Assembly: GCA_963815885.1 (NCBI GenBank)
Contig: CAWFIM010000003.1
Span: 196,234-260,233, forward strand
Direction of reading: 5' to 3'
Source: an uncultured Solirubrobacterales bacterium
Lineage (GTDB): Bacteria > Actinomycetota > Thermoleophilia > Solirubrobacterales > 70-9
DNA: 64,000 bases
The position numbers and the translations under genes are program-made. The notes beneath the pieces are model-generated. The model did no database searches and was not told where the DNA came from. It saw only the letters and a program-made list of their open reading frames with translations. This document shows, piece after piece, positions 38,416 through 47,145 of the stretch. How positions within the stretch are numbered: position 1 is the first letter of the stretch; the number at the start of each line of letters is the position of its first letter.

Positions 38416-38544
38416 CGTTGTCGCCGTCTGCGCGGTCGCCGCGATCCTCTTTGCGATCAGCGGCTACACCGGCTACACGATCACCCTGATCGCGGTCGGC
38501 CTGGCCGCCGCGGTCAACTTGCTGCCCCCTCCTTAGAAGGGACT

Positions 38545-40066
38545 AGCTTTCCCCCGCCAAGTCAAGGAGAGGGATAGCGCAGGGCCGATCGAACCGACAT
38601 GGTCGGCCGCAAATTGCGCGAAGAGCGCCGGACTCGGCGATGGCCACCGAACCGGCAGGCTGATCAGTCGCCGTCGAGCGGCAGGCTTTCGTTTGCGCCG
38701 TGAGAGAGGCGGCCGACGCGAGCGGGCGGCAAGCTAGCTTTCGCCGTCATGCGGCATAGCCGGAAACGCCGTCACCGCTCGCGCCATGCCTCATCCGAAC
38801 ATAGCGCTCTTCGTCGAAGGTTTCTTGTGTCTGAAGAAGGGCAAAGCAAAGCCGGCAGGCGTGGCGGGCCAGCGTCACCCGGGCCTGGATCGGCGCCATC
38901 CCGCGCTCGCGCAGCTCCCGGTCGCGAGAGGCGAAGGCCCCGCATCTCTGCGAGAGCCCCCAGGCGATTCCCATCAAGGCGTCGCGGAACTCGGCCAGCC
39001 CCGCCCGGGAGATGCGCCCCCGGCGCCGCAGCGTCGCCGATTCATAGGTGGCCGGCGCCAGCCCGGTCGCCGAGTAGAGATGCCCGGCGGAGGGGAAGCG
39101 CTCGATCGGCAGGGCGTGGGCAGCGAAGGCGGCGGCGCGTGTCTGGGCGACTCCCGGCAACGAAGCAAGGACCTCCCCCGCGGTGGCGGCCAACAGCACG
39201 GCGATCTGTCCGTCGACCGCGGCGATGTCGTGCTGGAGCAAGCGCCAGCGCTCAAGGTCGCCGCGCAGGCGCTCGGCTCGCAGCTCGGCGTCTGGCGGCG
39301 GCGGCAAGAGGGCCCGCCACCGCGCCGACCAGTAGCTCGCATTCGCTTTCGTGAAGCGCCCCGGGGCGCGGGCGATCAGCGAGCGCGGTGCCGGAGCGCG
39401 CCCGGCAAACTCGACCGCGCAGGCCAAGACCGCCTGGCCGGAGGCGTCCTCGAGCTTGAGCGCCCGCCCGTGGCCCACCGGGGCCGAGAGCCCTGGGCAG
39501 AGGGCATTCAGCTGGTCGTGGAGGCGCTGCTGGGTGATTTTTCGGATCCCGACCAGGGCCCGGCGGTGGCGAACCGCGCCGAGCATCGCCGCGACCGTCG
39601 CCCCCTCGGGAGGGCGACCGAGCCCCTGGCGGGCAAGGGTGATGAGCGCGGCGCAGTCGCGATCGTCGGTCTTGGTCCGGCGCGAGCCCAGGCCGGTGCG
39701 GGCGGCCTGGGTCTCAGAAGGCGCGAAGAGCCGCAGCGATCCGGCGAAGCGGCGTTCGAGCTCCGCCACCCAGGCGTGATGAAGGGATCCTGTCGCCTCC
39801 ACCGCGATCACCGGCCGGTCTTCGCTGCCGGCGGCAGCACCCACCAGGCGCTGCAGCTCGTCGACTCCAGCTCGGAGCGTTGGCAGGCTCACCGGCTCTC
39901 CGATCACTCCTCGCTCTCCCGTAGCCAGCATCACGCGGTTGGCGACCTTCCCGCAATCGATCGCGACCACCAAGGTCTTTGCAGGAAGCTCTCTGCCGAT
40001 CAGGTGCTCCATGAACAACCTCCCTCTCTAGGAAAAGAAGAAAGCCTCTTCAAGCGGGGAAGGCCC
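38545..40066 (-). mobile_element. IS110-family insertion sequence (ends approximate)
   Basis: A single DEDD-type transposase gene with about 200 nt of non-coding sequence 3' of it and no more than 75 nt 5' of it. There is only a weak imperfect inverted repeat (38547-38561 vs 40048-40063). Confidence 0.6.
38747..40018 (-). CDS. IS110-family transposase / recombinase
   Basis: VVAIDCGK, VIAVEATG and RRTKTDDRDCAAL (DEDD RuvC-like) plus a C-terminal Tnp domain. 423 aa and intact. Confidence 0.9.
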   Translation of the reverse strand: MFMEHLIGRELPAKTLVVAIDCGKVANRVMLATGERGVIGEPVSLPTLRAGVDELQRLVGAAAGSEDRPVIAVEATGSLHHAWVAELERRFAGSLRLFAPSETQAARTGLGSRRTKTDDRDCAALITLARQGLGRPPEGATVAAMLGAVRHRRALVGIRKITQQRLHDQLNALCPGLSAPVGHGRALKLEDASGQAVLACAVEFAGRAPAPRSLIARAPGRFTKANASYWSARWRALLPPPPDAELRAERLRGDLERWRLLQHDIAAVDGQIAVLLAATAGEVLASLPGVAQTRAAAFAAHALPIERFPSAGHLYSATGLAPATYESATLRRRGRISRAGLAEFRDALMGIAWGLSQRCGAFASRDRELRERGMAPIQARVTLARHACRLCFALLQTQETFDEERYVRMRHGASGDGVSGYAA

Positions 40067-40092
40067 TCAGAGGAGTTGTTGTTCAGGAGCTA

Positions 40093-41004
40093 TCAGCCGG
40101 AGCGGAACGGGCCCGCCTCGCTGTCGTCGGGCTCGCGAAAGGAGGTCTCCGGCTCTGCGTGGATCAGCACCTCGGAGTTCGGGATCTCGGCCTCGATCGA
40201 GTCGCGCATCTGGTGCGCCAGCTCATGCGCACGCTCGAGGCTAGTGCCGGAGCGGTACTGCACGTGGAGGTCGATGTGGCGGCGGTTGCCGGCACGACGG
40301 GCGCGCAGCTTGTGGTACCCGGCGACCTCGGCGGTGCGGGCGGCGGCGATCGCCGCCTCGATCCGGTCCATCTCCGGCCCAGGCAGGGCTTCGTCGACCA
40401 GGACGCCCGAAGAACGGCGGATGATCCTGATCCCGGCCCAGACGATCGCCGCCGCGACCACCAGCGCCGTGATCGAGTCGAACGCGGCGGCGCCGGTGAT
40501 CTCGACCAACGCCAGGCCGACGAGGACGCCGGCCGAGGTGAGGGCGTCGGTGCGCAGGTGGGCCGCGTCCCCCTCCAGGGCCGGCGATTCGTGCGCCGCC
40601 GCCTGCCGGGAGAGGACCGCCGAGACGGCGAGGTTGGCGAGGACCGAGAAGGCCATCACCGCGATGCCGACGCCGACCGTCTCCACCTCGGCCCCGTCGA
40701 CCAGCCGCCGGGTCGCCTCGTAGACGATGATCCCGGCGCCGACCAGGATCAGCATCCCCTCGATCGTCGCCGCCAGGCTCTCGACCTTCTCGTGGCCGTA
40801 GGGATGCTCGGCGTCAGCCGGCTCGTCGGCTTTGCGCACCGAGACGAAGGCGACGACGGAAGCGACCAGGTCGATCAGCGAGTGGACCGCCTCGGTGAGG
40901 ATCGCGATTGAGCCGGTGACCGCCGCCGCGGCCAGCTTGAGCGCGATCAGCAGCGCGTTGGAGGCGATCGAGAGCGCCGCGGCGCCGCTTTTCGTCCGGA
41001 TCAC
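40093..41004 (-). CDS. Cation diffusion facilitator (CDF) transporter
   Basis: Six TM helices with HSLIDLVAS and DALTSAG motifs, and a cytoplasmic C-domain. Confidence 0.9.
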   Translation of the reverse strand: MIRTKSGAAALSIASNALLIALKLAAAAVTGSIAILTEAVHSLIDLVASVVAFVSVRKADEPADAEHPYGHEKVESLAATIEGMLILVGAGIIVYEATRRLVDGAEVETVGVGIAVMAFSVLANLAVSAVLSRQAAAHESPALEGDAAHLRTDALTSAGVLVGLALVEITGAAAFDSITALVVAAAIVWAGIRIIRRSSGVLVDEALPGPEMDRIEAAIAAARTAEVAGYHKLRARRAGNRRHIDLHVQYRSGTSLERAHELAHQMRDSIEAEIPNSEVLIHAEPETSFREPDDSEAGPFRSG

Positions 41005-41594
41005 GGCGAGCCCTCGACGGCGAGGCCGAGGTGCGCGGCGAGCATCCCGGCCGCCTTGCCGCGATGGCTGATCGCGTGCTTCTCGGCGTCGCTCAGCTCG
41101 GCGTAGGTGCGTTCGTCGCCGGGGCCGGTCGCGTCCGGGACGAAGGCGGGGTCGTAGCCGAACCCGCCCTCTCCTCGCCCCCGCTCGAGCAGATGCCCCT
41201 CGCAGCGCGCCTCGAAGATCCGCTCGCCGCCGTCCTCGTCGACCAGCGCGATCGCGCAGACGTAGGCGGCGCGGCGCCCGCCGCCGGCCGCATCGACTTC
41301 GCGCAGCAGCTTCGCCAGGTTCTCCTCGTCACTGGCACCCGCGCCCGCGTAGCGGGCGGAATAGATGCCCGGGGCCCCGCCGAGGTCCTCGGCTTCGATC
41401 CCGGAGTCGTCGGCGATCGCGACCTCGCCGGTGGCGGCGTGCGCGGCGCGCGCCTTGATCAGCGCGTTGGCGGCGAAGCTGTCGCCATCCTCCGGCGGCA
41501 GCTCGACCTCGGGCGGCAGCGGCCTCAGCTCGACCGACGGCAGCAGTTCGGCCATCTCCCGCACCTTGTGGCGGTTGCCGGTCGAGAGAATCAC
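41001..41594 (-). CDS. rdgB: Non-canonical purine NTP pyrophosphatase (RdgB/HAM1)
   Basis: VILSTGNRHKVREM..., GFGYDPAF and SHRGKA motifs. The GTG start overlaps the rph stop as GTGA. Confidence 0.9.
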   Translation of the reverse strand: MILSTGNRHKVREMAELLPSVELRPLPPEVELPPEDGDSFAANALIKARAAHAATGEVAIADDSGIEAEDLGGAPGIYSARYAGAGASDEENLAKLLREVDAAGGGRRAAYVCAIALVDEDGGERIFEARCEGHLLERGRGEGGFGYDPAFVPDATGPGDERTYAELSDAEKHAISHRGKAAGMLAAHLGLAVEGSP

Positions 41595-42310
41595 GCTGCC
41601 CGCTCCTGCACCTCCCGCAGCCGGCCGATGCCGCCCTCGGCGAGCGCGAGCAGCTCGTCGAGCGAGGCCCGGGAGAGCGGCGTGCGCTCGGCGGTCGCCT
41701 GCACCTCGACCAGGCCGCCATCGCCGGTCATCACTACGTTGGCGTCGACCTCGGCGGCCGAGTCCTCGTTGTAGTCGAGGTCGCAGAGCGCGCGACCGCC
41801 GACCATGCCGACGCTGACCGCCGCGACCGAGCCGGTCAGCGGCATCGTCTCCAGGGCTTTGCGATCGAGCAGTTTCTGGAAGGCCTGGCGCAGCGCCACG
41901 TAGCCGCCGGTGATCGCCGCGCAGCGGGTGCCGCCGTCGGCTTCCAGCACGTCGCAGTCGACGTAGACGCTGCGTTCCCCCATTGCCTTGAAGTCGACGA
42001 CAACCCGCAGCGAGCGCCCGATCAGCCGCTGGATCTCGACCCCGCGCCCGTCTTGCTTGCCCTTCGAGATGTCGCGCTGCTTGCGGTCCCCGGTCGAGGC
42101 GGGCAGCATCGCGTACTCGGCGGTGACCCAACCTTTGCCGCGACCCTGCATCCAGCGCGGCACGGTGTCGTTGACCGACGCGGTGCAGATCACCCGGGTA
42201 CGGCCGATCGAGATCAGGGCCGAGCCATCGGCGCTGGCGACGAAGCCGGGGTCGATCGTCACCGGCCTGATGTCTGCCGGGGCGCGGTCATAGCTGCGCG
42301 ATGCGGGCAT
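41591..42310 (-). CDS. rph: Ribonuclease PH
   Basis: 239 aa of canonical RNase PH sequence (RPVTIDPGFV...GSALISIGRTRVICTAS...). Confidence 0.95.
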   Translation of the reverse strand: MPASRSYDRAPADIRPVTIDPGFVASADGSALISIGRTRVICTASVNDTVPRWMQGRGKGWVTAEYAMLPASTGDRKQRDISKGKQDGRGVEIQRLIGRSLRVVVDFKAMGERSVYVDCDVLEADGGTRCAAITGGYVALRQAFQKLLDRKALETMPLTGSVAAVSVGMVGGRALCDLDYNEDSAAEVDANVVMTGDGGLVEVQATAERTPLSRASLDELLALAEGGIGRLREVQERAA

Positions 42311-42347
42311 CGGGCGAGTCTTTCACGCGAGCGCCCGACGGCGGCGC

Positions 42348-42761
42348 CTACCGTTCTGGATGGACCCGCAGGCCGCGCTGCCCGAAGTGCGCGTCGAAGG
42401 CGAAGGCCTCCCCACCGCCGTCGCGCTCGATCAGGGCGAAGGAGGTCGCGTCGACGTAGCTCCAGCGCTTGTCGCCGTGACGCTCGAGGATCTCCCAGGC
42501 GTCGTTCTCAACCGCCTCGTCGAGGCGGACCAGCTCGATCGCGCCGCTGGCCCGGAAGCGCCTCCCCCACTCGACCGCCTCGCCGCGGCCGACCCTGACC
42601 ATCAGGGCGGTGTAGGTCTCGGCGAAGACGTAGTTGGAGGTGAACAGGGCGGCGCCCTCGGCCAACAGGCCGGAGAGCGCCGCCCGCGCCCGCTCGTGCT
42701 CCGCCTCGGCAGCATTGCGCAGCGCGACGAAGGCGCTGGTGTCGACGAAGACCGCCCTCAT
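42348..42761 (-). CDS. vapC: PIN-domain toxin VapC
   Basis: VFVDTSAFVAL and ...WSYVDATSFALIE motifs. It overlaps the antitoxin gene by 4 nt. Confidence 0.85.
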   Translation of the reverse strand: MRAVFVDTSAFVALRNAAEAEHERARAALSGLLAEGAALFTSNYVFAETYTALMVRVGRGEAVEWGRRFRASGAIELVRLDEAVENDAWEILERHGDKRWSYVDATSFALIERDGGGEAFAFDAHFGQRGLRVHPER

Positions 42762-43081
42762 CGGCCGTAAAGATCGCGATCCAGCGTGGTGACGCTGGTG
42801 CCCTCCCGCCCGCGGCCCGGCGACTCGTCGACCAGGTAGCGAAGCAGCGGGTCCGCGGCCGGATCCGGCCGGCGCGCGCGCTCGGCGTCGATCAGCTCGC
42901 GCACTACCGCGGCAATGCTGCCCGATTTGCCGGCGCGTTGCCGAAGCCAGCGATGCTGGGCGTCATTCAGATATAGCTGCGTTCGATGCTTCATGCTGTC
43001 ATACAGCATATGTGCCAACGCGGACGGAACCGGCGTCGCCGTGGCTTGTGCAGTAGTCATCGCATTTCCCTTTCCGCTCAC
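42758..43081 (-). CDS. Ribbon-helix-helix antitoxin (start uncertain, possibly ATG at 42994)
   Basis: MKHRTQLYLNDAQHRWLRQRAGKSGSIAAVVRELID is a CopG/RHH fold pattern. Confidence 0.7.
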   Translation of the reverse strand: MSGKGNAMTTAQATATPVPSALAHMLYDSMKHRTQLYLNDAQHRWLRQRAGKSGSIAAVVRELIDAERARRPDPAADPLLRYLVDESPGRGREGTSVTTLDRDLYGR

Positions 43082-43115
43082 TCGCGGCGCCGGAGCCCTC
43101 CCAGGAGGATCGGCG

Positions 43116-43364
43116 CTACTTGAAGGCGACCTTGTCGACCGCCTCCTTGATCTTGTTGACGATCACGTCGGCCAGCTCGGTCCCCTGCTTGCCGTTGAAC
43201 CCCTTCATCGCCGCGACCATCCCGACCATCAGCAGCGAGACCAGCAGGATCAAGCCCACGTACTCGACCGTCCCCTGGCCGGACTCGCCCGCGAGCAGCC
43301 GCCGGATGCGGTGCACCCGGCAGGAAATCGCGGCGTGCAGGTACCCCATCAACGCGTAGAACAT
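43116..43364 (-). CDS. Flp-type (class III signal peptide) pilin-like protein
   Basis: GESG/QGTVEYVGLILLVSLLMVGMVAAM fits the G/XXXXEY prepilin motif. GAGGAGG lies 6 nt upstream of the ATG at 43364. Confidence 0.5.
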   Translation of the reverse strand: MFYALMGYLHAAISCRVHRIRRLLAGESGQGTVEYVGLILLVSLLMVGMVAAMKGFNGKQGTELADVIVNKIKEAVDKVAFK

Positions 43365-43509
43365 CGAAGCCTCCTCTCGGTTGGGCGGCCCATGCTCGGC
43401 CCTGCGGGCGCACCGATCCAGACCCGATCGCGCCAACTTCGCAACGGCACCGCGCCAAGAGACGCGCACCACGGCCGCTACGGCCCCGCTCGCGGATACC
43501 CTGACCCGG

Positions 43510-44460
43510 GTGCGCGTCCTGGTCGTCACCAATCTCGAGCCCGACGACTCGGCGCCGCAGCGGGGCCGTTGGGTCCGCGACCAGATCGACGAGGTACGGC
43601 GGCGGGGGATCGAGGTCGACGTGTTCGGCTTCCCTCCCGGCCGCGCCGAGTACATCCCTGCCACCCGACGACTGCGCGCGCTACTGCGACGGGAGCGCTT
43701 CGATCTCGTCCACGCCCACTACGGCCTGGCCGGCTGGTGCGCGAGGTTGGCCGGGGCGCGGCCGCTGATCGTCAGCTTCCACGGAACCGACGTGCGCCAC
43801 GGGATCGTCGGCCCGCTCTCCCATCGCCTCGCCTGGCGGGTCGACCTCGTCGCGGCGGTCTCGCGGGCCCTGTTCGCCCCCGAGGACGGGCGGCCCGGCC
43901 TGCCCGCGGTCCCCGGCTCGGCGGTGCTGCCCTGCGGGCCCGACCTCGGCCGCTTCGAACGCATCCCGCGAGCGAGCGCGCGCGCGACGCTCGGCCTCGA
44001 CCCCGACGGCCGCTACCTCTTCTTCCCCGCCAACCCGGAGCGACCGGAGAAGCGCCACGACCGCGCCGCGGCGCTCGCCGCCGCCTGCGACGCCGACCTG
44101 CTGAGCGGCGGGGCGATCCCCCCCGAGCGAATGCCGCTCTGGATCAACGCCGCCAGCGCCACCCTGATCACCTCCGACTACGAGGGCTTTGGGATGGTCG
44201 CCGTCGAGTCGCTCGCCTGCGACGTGCCGGTTCTCTCGACCCCGGTCGGCGTCGCCCGCTACGCGCTCGGCGGGATCGACGGCTGCCTCTGCGCGCCGTT
44301 CGAGATCGGCGCCTGGGGCGAGACCGCCCGCGCCCACCTCGATGCCGCCGACCCACGCGTCGCGGGGGCGGCGCGCGCGGCCTCGCTGTCCGCCGCGCGG
44401 ATGGCCGAGCGCACGATTGCCGTCTACCGCGACATCGCCCGCAGCCCGGTAATAGATTGA
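43510..44460 (+). CDS. GT4-family glycosyltransferase
   Basis: VRVLVVTN start and an EX7E region (SDYEGFGMVAVESLACDVPVLSTPVG). The GTG start at 43510 is my choice. Confidence 0.75.
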   Translation: MRVLVVTNLEPDDSAPQRGRWVRDQIDEVRRRGIEVDVFGFPPGRAEYIPATRRLRALLRRERFDLVHAHYGLAGWCARLAGARPLIVSFHGTDVRHGIVGPLSHRLAWRVDLVAAVSRALFAPEDGRPGLPAVPGSAVLPCGPDLGRFERIPRASARATLGLDPDGRYLFFPANPERPEKRHDRAAALAAACDADLLSGGAIPPERMPLWINAASATLITSDYEGFGMVAVESLACDVPVLSTPVGVARYALGGIDGCLCAPFEIGAWGETARAHLDAADPRVAGAARAASLSAARMAERTIAVYRDIARSPVID

Positions 44461-44464
44461 GCGG

Positions 44465-44899
44465 ATGAGCACGGAGGGAGCAAGCGGCGAGAACCTCAGC
44501 GCGCAGGTCGCCGAGGCCGAGCGCAGGCTGAAGGCGGCCGCCGAGGTGGCCACCGCCGCCGAGCGACGGGCCAGCGCCGAGATCGAGGCGCTGGAAGCCG
44601 ACCTGGAGCGCCAGCGAACCGAGGCCGATCAGGAGCGCGAGCGCCTGCTCCTGGCCCACGAGCAGGAGCTTCAGCGCGAGCGGGAGGCCAAGGAGCACGC
44701 GATCCGGGCCGCCGAGGAGCGGCTGGGCGAGATCGAAACCGAGGCGGCCGCGGCCGAGCGGCGAATCGAGGAGGCGGAGGAGCGGGCGGCGGAGGCGGAG
44801 CGGTCGGTCGAGGACGAGAAGGCGCGAGCCCGCGAAGGCGCCGCCGGCTGGCTGCGAGCCCAGCTCGACTCGATCCGCCGAGAGGCTGAGGGGCGATAG
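44465..44899 (+). CDS. Coiled-coil Glu/Arg/Ala-rich protein
   Basis: 144 aa, heptad-like and E/R/A rich. No known family. Confidence 0.45.
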   Translation: MSTEGASGENLSAQVAEAERRLKAAAEVATAAERRASAEIEALEADLERQRTEADQERERLLLAHEQELQREREAKEHAIRAAEERLGEIETEAAAAERRIEEAEERAAEAERSVEDEKARAREGAAGWLRAQLDSIRREAEGR

Positions 44900-46341
44900 A
44901 GGCGAGCCACGAGTTCGACGTCGCCGTCGTCGGCGGCGGCGCCGCTGGCCTCTGGACCGCGCTGCGCGCGGCCGAGCTGGGCACCCGCGTCGGCCTCGTC
45001 TCCCGCACTCCGCTCAACCAGAGCGCCAGCTTCTGGGCCCAGGGCGGCCTCGCCGCCGCCCTCGAACCCGGCGACTCGCCCGACCGCCACGCCGCCGACA
45101 CGATCGCCGCCGGCCGTGGCCTCTGCCGGCCCGCGGCCGTCCAGGTCCTGGTCGAGGAGGCGCCGGCGGCGGTCCGCGAACTGATTGCCCGCGGCGTCGT
45201 CTTCGACCTCGACCACGAGGGCCGGCTGGCGCTCGGACTCGAGGGAGGGCACGCGAGCCGTCGCATCGTCCATGCGGGCGGCAGCCAGACCGGTCACGAG
45301 ATCACCTCGAAGCTGGCGGCGATGGTCGCCGCCGAGGAGCGCATCGAGGTGATCGAGCGGACCTCGGCGACGGCGCTGTGGAGCGACGGCAGCCGCTGCC
45401 ACGGGATCGTCTGCGACGCCGGCCCGGTCGCCGCCGGCGCCACGGTGCTGGCGACGGGCGGCGCCGCGGCTTTGTGGAGCCGGAGCACCAACCCGCGCGG
45501 GGCGATCGGCGCCGGCCCGGTGCTGGCCGCCGCCGCCGGCGCCGACCTTGCCGACCTCGAGTTCTGCCAGTTCCACCCGACCGCGATCGCCCTCCCCGGC
45601 TCGAGCGCCGATGGAGTGCTGATCACCGAGGCGATCCGCGGCGAGGGGGCGAAGCTGCTCGACGCCGCCGGCCGCCGCTTCACCGACGAGCTCGCCCCGC
45701 GTGACGCGGTCACCGCGGCGATCCTCGATCGGATGGAGGGCGACGGTACCCAGAACGTCAAGCTCGATCTGCGCGAGATCGACCCCGCCCGCTTCCCGAA
45801 CGTCTTCGCCTCGCTGACCGAGGCCGGCTTCGACCCGCGCTCCGAGCCGGTGCCGGTCGCCCCCGCCGCCCACTACACGATGGGCGGGATCGCGGTCGAC
45901 CTCGATGGCCGCTCTTCGCTGCCCGGGCTCTACGCCGTCGGCGAGTGCTCGTGCACGGGCCTGCACGGCGCCAACCGCCTCGCCTCGAACTCGCTCAGCG
46001 AGTGCTTCGTCTTCGGCGGGCGCGCGGCGGTGGCGGCGTCGAAGGAGGAGCCGGCCGGCTCGCGACCGCCGCTACCGGACTGGCGCTTCGAGCCCCCAAC
46101 CGAGACGACCCGCGACGCCGTTTGGCGCCTCGCCGGACCGTTGCGCCGCCCCGACCAGCTCGCCGAGCTCGGCGGCGATCCCTACCCGCTGGCCCAGGCG
46201 ATCGCGGCGATGGCGCTGGAGCGCCGCGAGTCGCGGGGCGGCCATCTGCGCGTCGACTTCCCCCAGCTCGACCACGAAATGGACGGCGTCCACCTGGTCG
46301 CCGGGGCGCGGGGGGAGATCCGCCGCGAGCGCTGGGCTTGA
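44896..46341 (+). CDS. nadB: L-aspartate oxidase (no canonical start codon)
   Basis: My own translation upstream of ORF 45322..46341, in the same frame, is (ATA)EASHEFDVAVVGGGAAGLWTALRAAELG...FWAQGGLAAA, followed by HYTMGGI and ESRGGHLRVDFP. The frame is open only from 44890. Confidence 0.85.
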   Translation: MEASHEFDVAVVGGGAAGLWTALRAAELGTRVGLVSRTPLNQSASFWAQGGLAAALEPGDSPDRHAADTIAAGRGLCRPAAVQVLVEEAPAAVRELIARGVVFDLDHEGRLALGLEGGHASRRIVHAGGSQTGHEITSKLAAMVAAEERIEVIERTSATALWSDGSRCHGIVCDAGPVAAGATVLATGGAAALWSRSTNPRGAIGAGPVLAAAAGADLADLEFCQFHPTAIALPGSSADGVLITEAIRGEGAKLLDAAGRRFTDELAPRDAVTAAILDRMEGDGTQNVKLDLREIDPARFPNVFASLTEAGFDPRSEPVPVAPAAHYTMGGIAVDLDGRSSLPGLYAVGECSCTGLHGANRLASNSLSECFVFGGRAAVAASKEEPAGSRPPLPDWRFEPPTETTRDAVWRLAGPLRRPDQLAELGGDPYPLAQAIAAMALERRESRGGHLRVDFPQLDHEMDGVHLVAGARGEIRRERWA

Positions 46342-46433
46342 CTCCAGGCCCCTGGCTTTTGTGATCCACCTAGGTGGTAATCTACCTGTGATTCTACTTG
46401 GAATCATAAGTAGCCGGAGGAGGAACTACCACC

Positions 46434-46730
46434 ATGCCAACCCTTGACACGAAGGAGCTTATATCCGTCACCGAGGCCGGAAGGCTCGGGATCTCCGCGC
46501 TCGTGAAGGTGGCTGAGCGGGGGGAGCAGCGAGTTCTGATGAAGAACAACAAGCCCGTGGCCGCCGTGGTCGGAATCGAAACGCTGGAACGCAATGAGGA
46601 GCTTGAGGAGCGTCTATTGGACGTTTCCCTCGCCTTAACCCGGTTGCTGACGACCAGTGAGCGACGGCATTCGCTCGATGACGTTCTCGACCGGCTCGGA
46701 TTTACCCGCGAGGATCTCGAGAAAGACTGA
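46434..46730 (+). CDS. Phd/YefM-family antitoxin
   Basis: ISVTEAGRLGISALVKVAERGEQRVLMKNNKPVAAVV. It lies in a lower-GC islet. Confidence 0.8.
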   Translation: MPTLDTKELISVTEAGRLGISALVKVAERGEQRVLMKNNKPVAAVVGIETLERNEELEERLLDVSLALTRLLTTSERRHSLDDVLDRLGFTREDLEKD

Positions 46731-46734
46731 AGGC

Positions 46735-47136
46735 ATGCCCGTCCGCGTCGAGTTGATAGACGAGGCTGTTGTTGACCTGGCGGAACTGACAGAGAGCGGC
46801 AACATCAAGCAGTTCTTCAAGAAGCTTCTAGAAGTAGAGGCTCACGGAGCCGACGCGGGACAGCCCCTCGGGGGGAAATTAGTTGGCTGGCGCAAACTTA
46901 CGGTCGGCAACCGGAACTGGCGCATCGTCTTTCATGTCAATAAGGCTGAGACGGTCGCAACGGTCTGCGTCATCGGAGATCGTGAGGACGCGGCTTGCTA
47001 CGAGGAGGCGCAGAGGCGCGCCAAACAGGCCAACGACATCGACGCTGCCTCGCTGGCGGCGTCGATGATCGATGTCTTAGGCAGCCGCAAGCAGCGTAGG
47101 GCAGCGAAAACGAAAGCAAAAGCAGTTAAGAGCTAG
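46735..47136 (+). CDS. RelE/ParE-superfamily toxin-like protein with Lys-rich tail
   Basis: LGGKLVGWRKLTVGNRNWRIVFHVNKAETVATVCVIGDRED matches the RelE/ParE core pattern. I chose the ATG at 46735, 5 nt after the antitoxin stop. Confidence 0.65.
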   Translation: MPVRVELIDEAVVDLAELTESGNIKQFFKKLLEVEAHGADAGQPLGGKLVGWRKLTVGNRNWRIVFHVNKAETVATVCVIGDREDAACYEEAQRRAKQANDIDAASLAASMIDVLGSRKQRRAAKTKAKAVKS

Positions 47137-47145
47137 CTTCGGGCG

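Noticed and set aside
38366-38536. 56-aa hydrophobic plus-strand ORF (MWVKIPTVPLARASWIIVVAVCAVAAILFAISGYTGYTITLIAVGLAAAVNLLPPP)
   Set aside because: It has no SD sequence. It overlaps the 5' end of the minus-strand roadblock-like gene and lies inside a long shadow frame. It could be a real small membrane protein, but I cannot support that from sequence alone.
38786-40723. 645-aa plus-strand ORF
   Set aside because: It is antisense to the IS110 transposase and CDF transporter genes, both of which have clear motifs.
41595-42131. Upstream 179 codons of ORF 41001..42131
   Set aside because: They overlap rph in another frame and are Arg/Gly-rich. RdgB homology starts at the GTG at 41594.
42915-44468. 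517-aa plus-strand ORF
   Set aside because: It is Arg/Pro-rich and lies out of frame with the GT4 glycosyltransferase, whose EX7E region is readable in the 43381/43510 frame.
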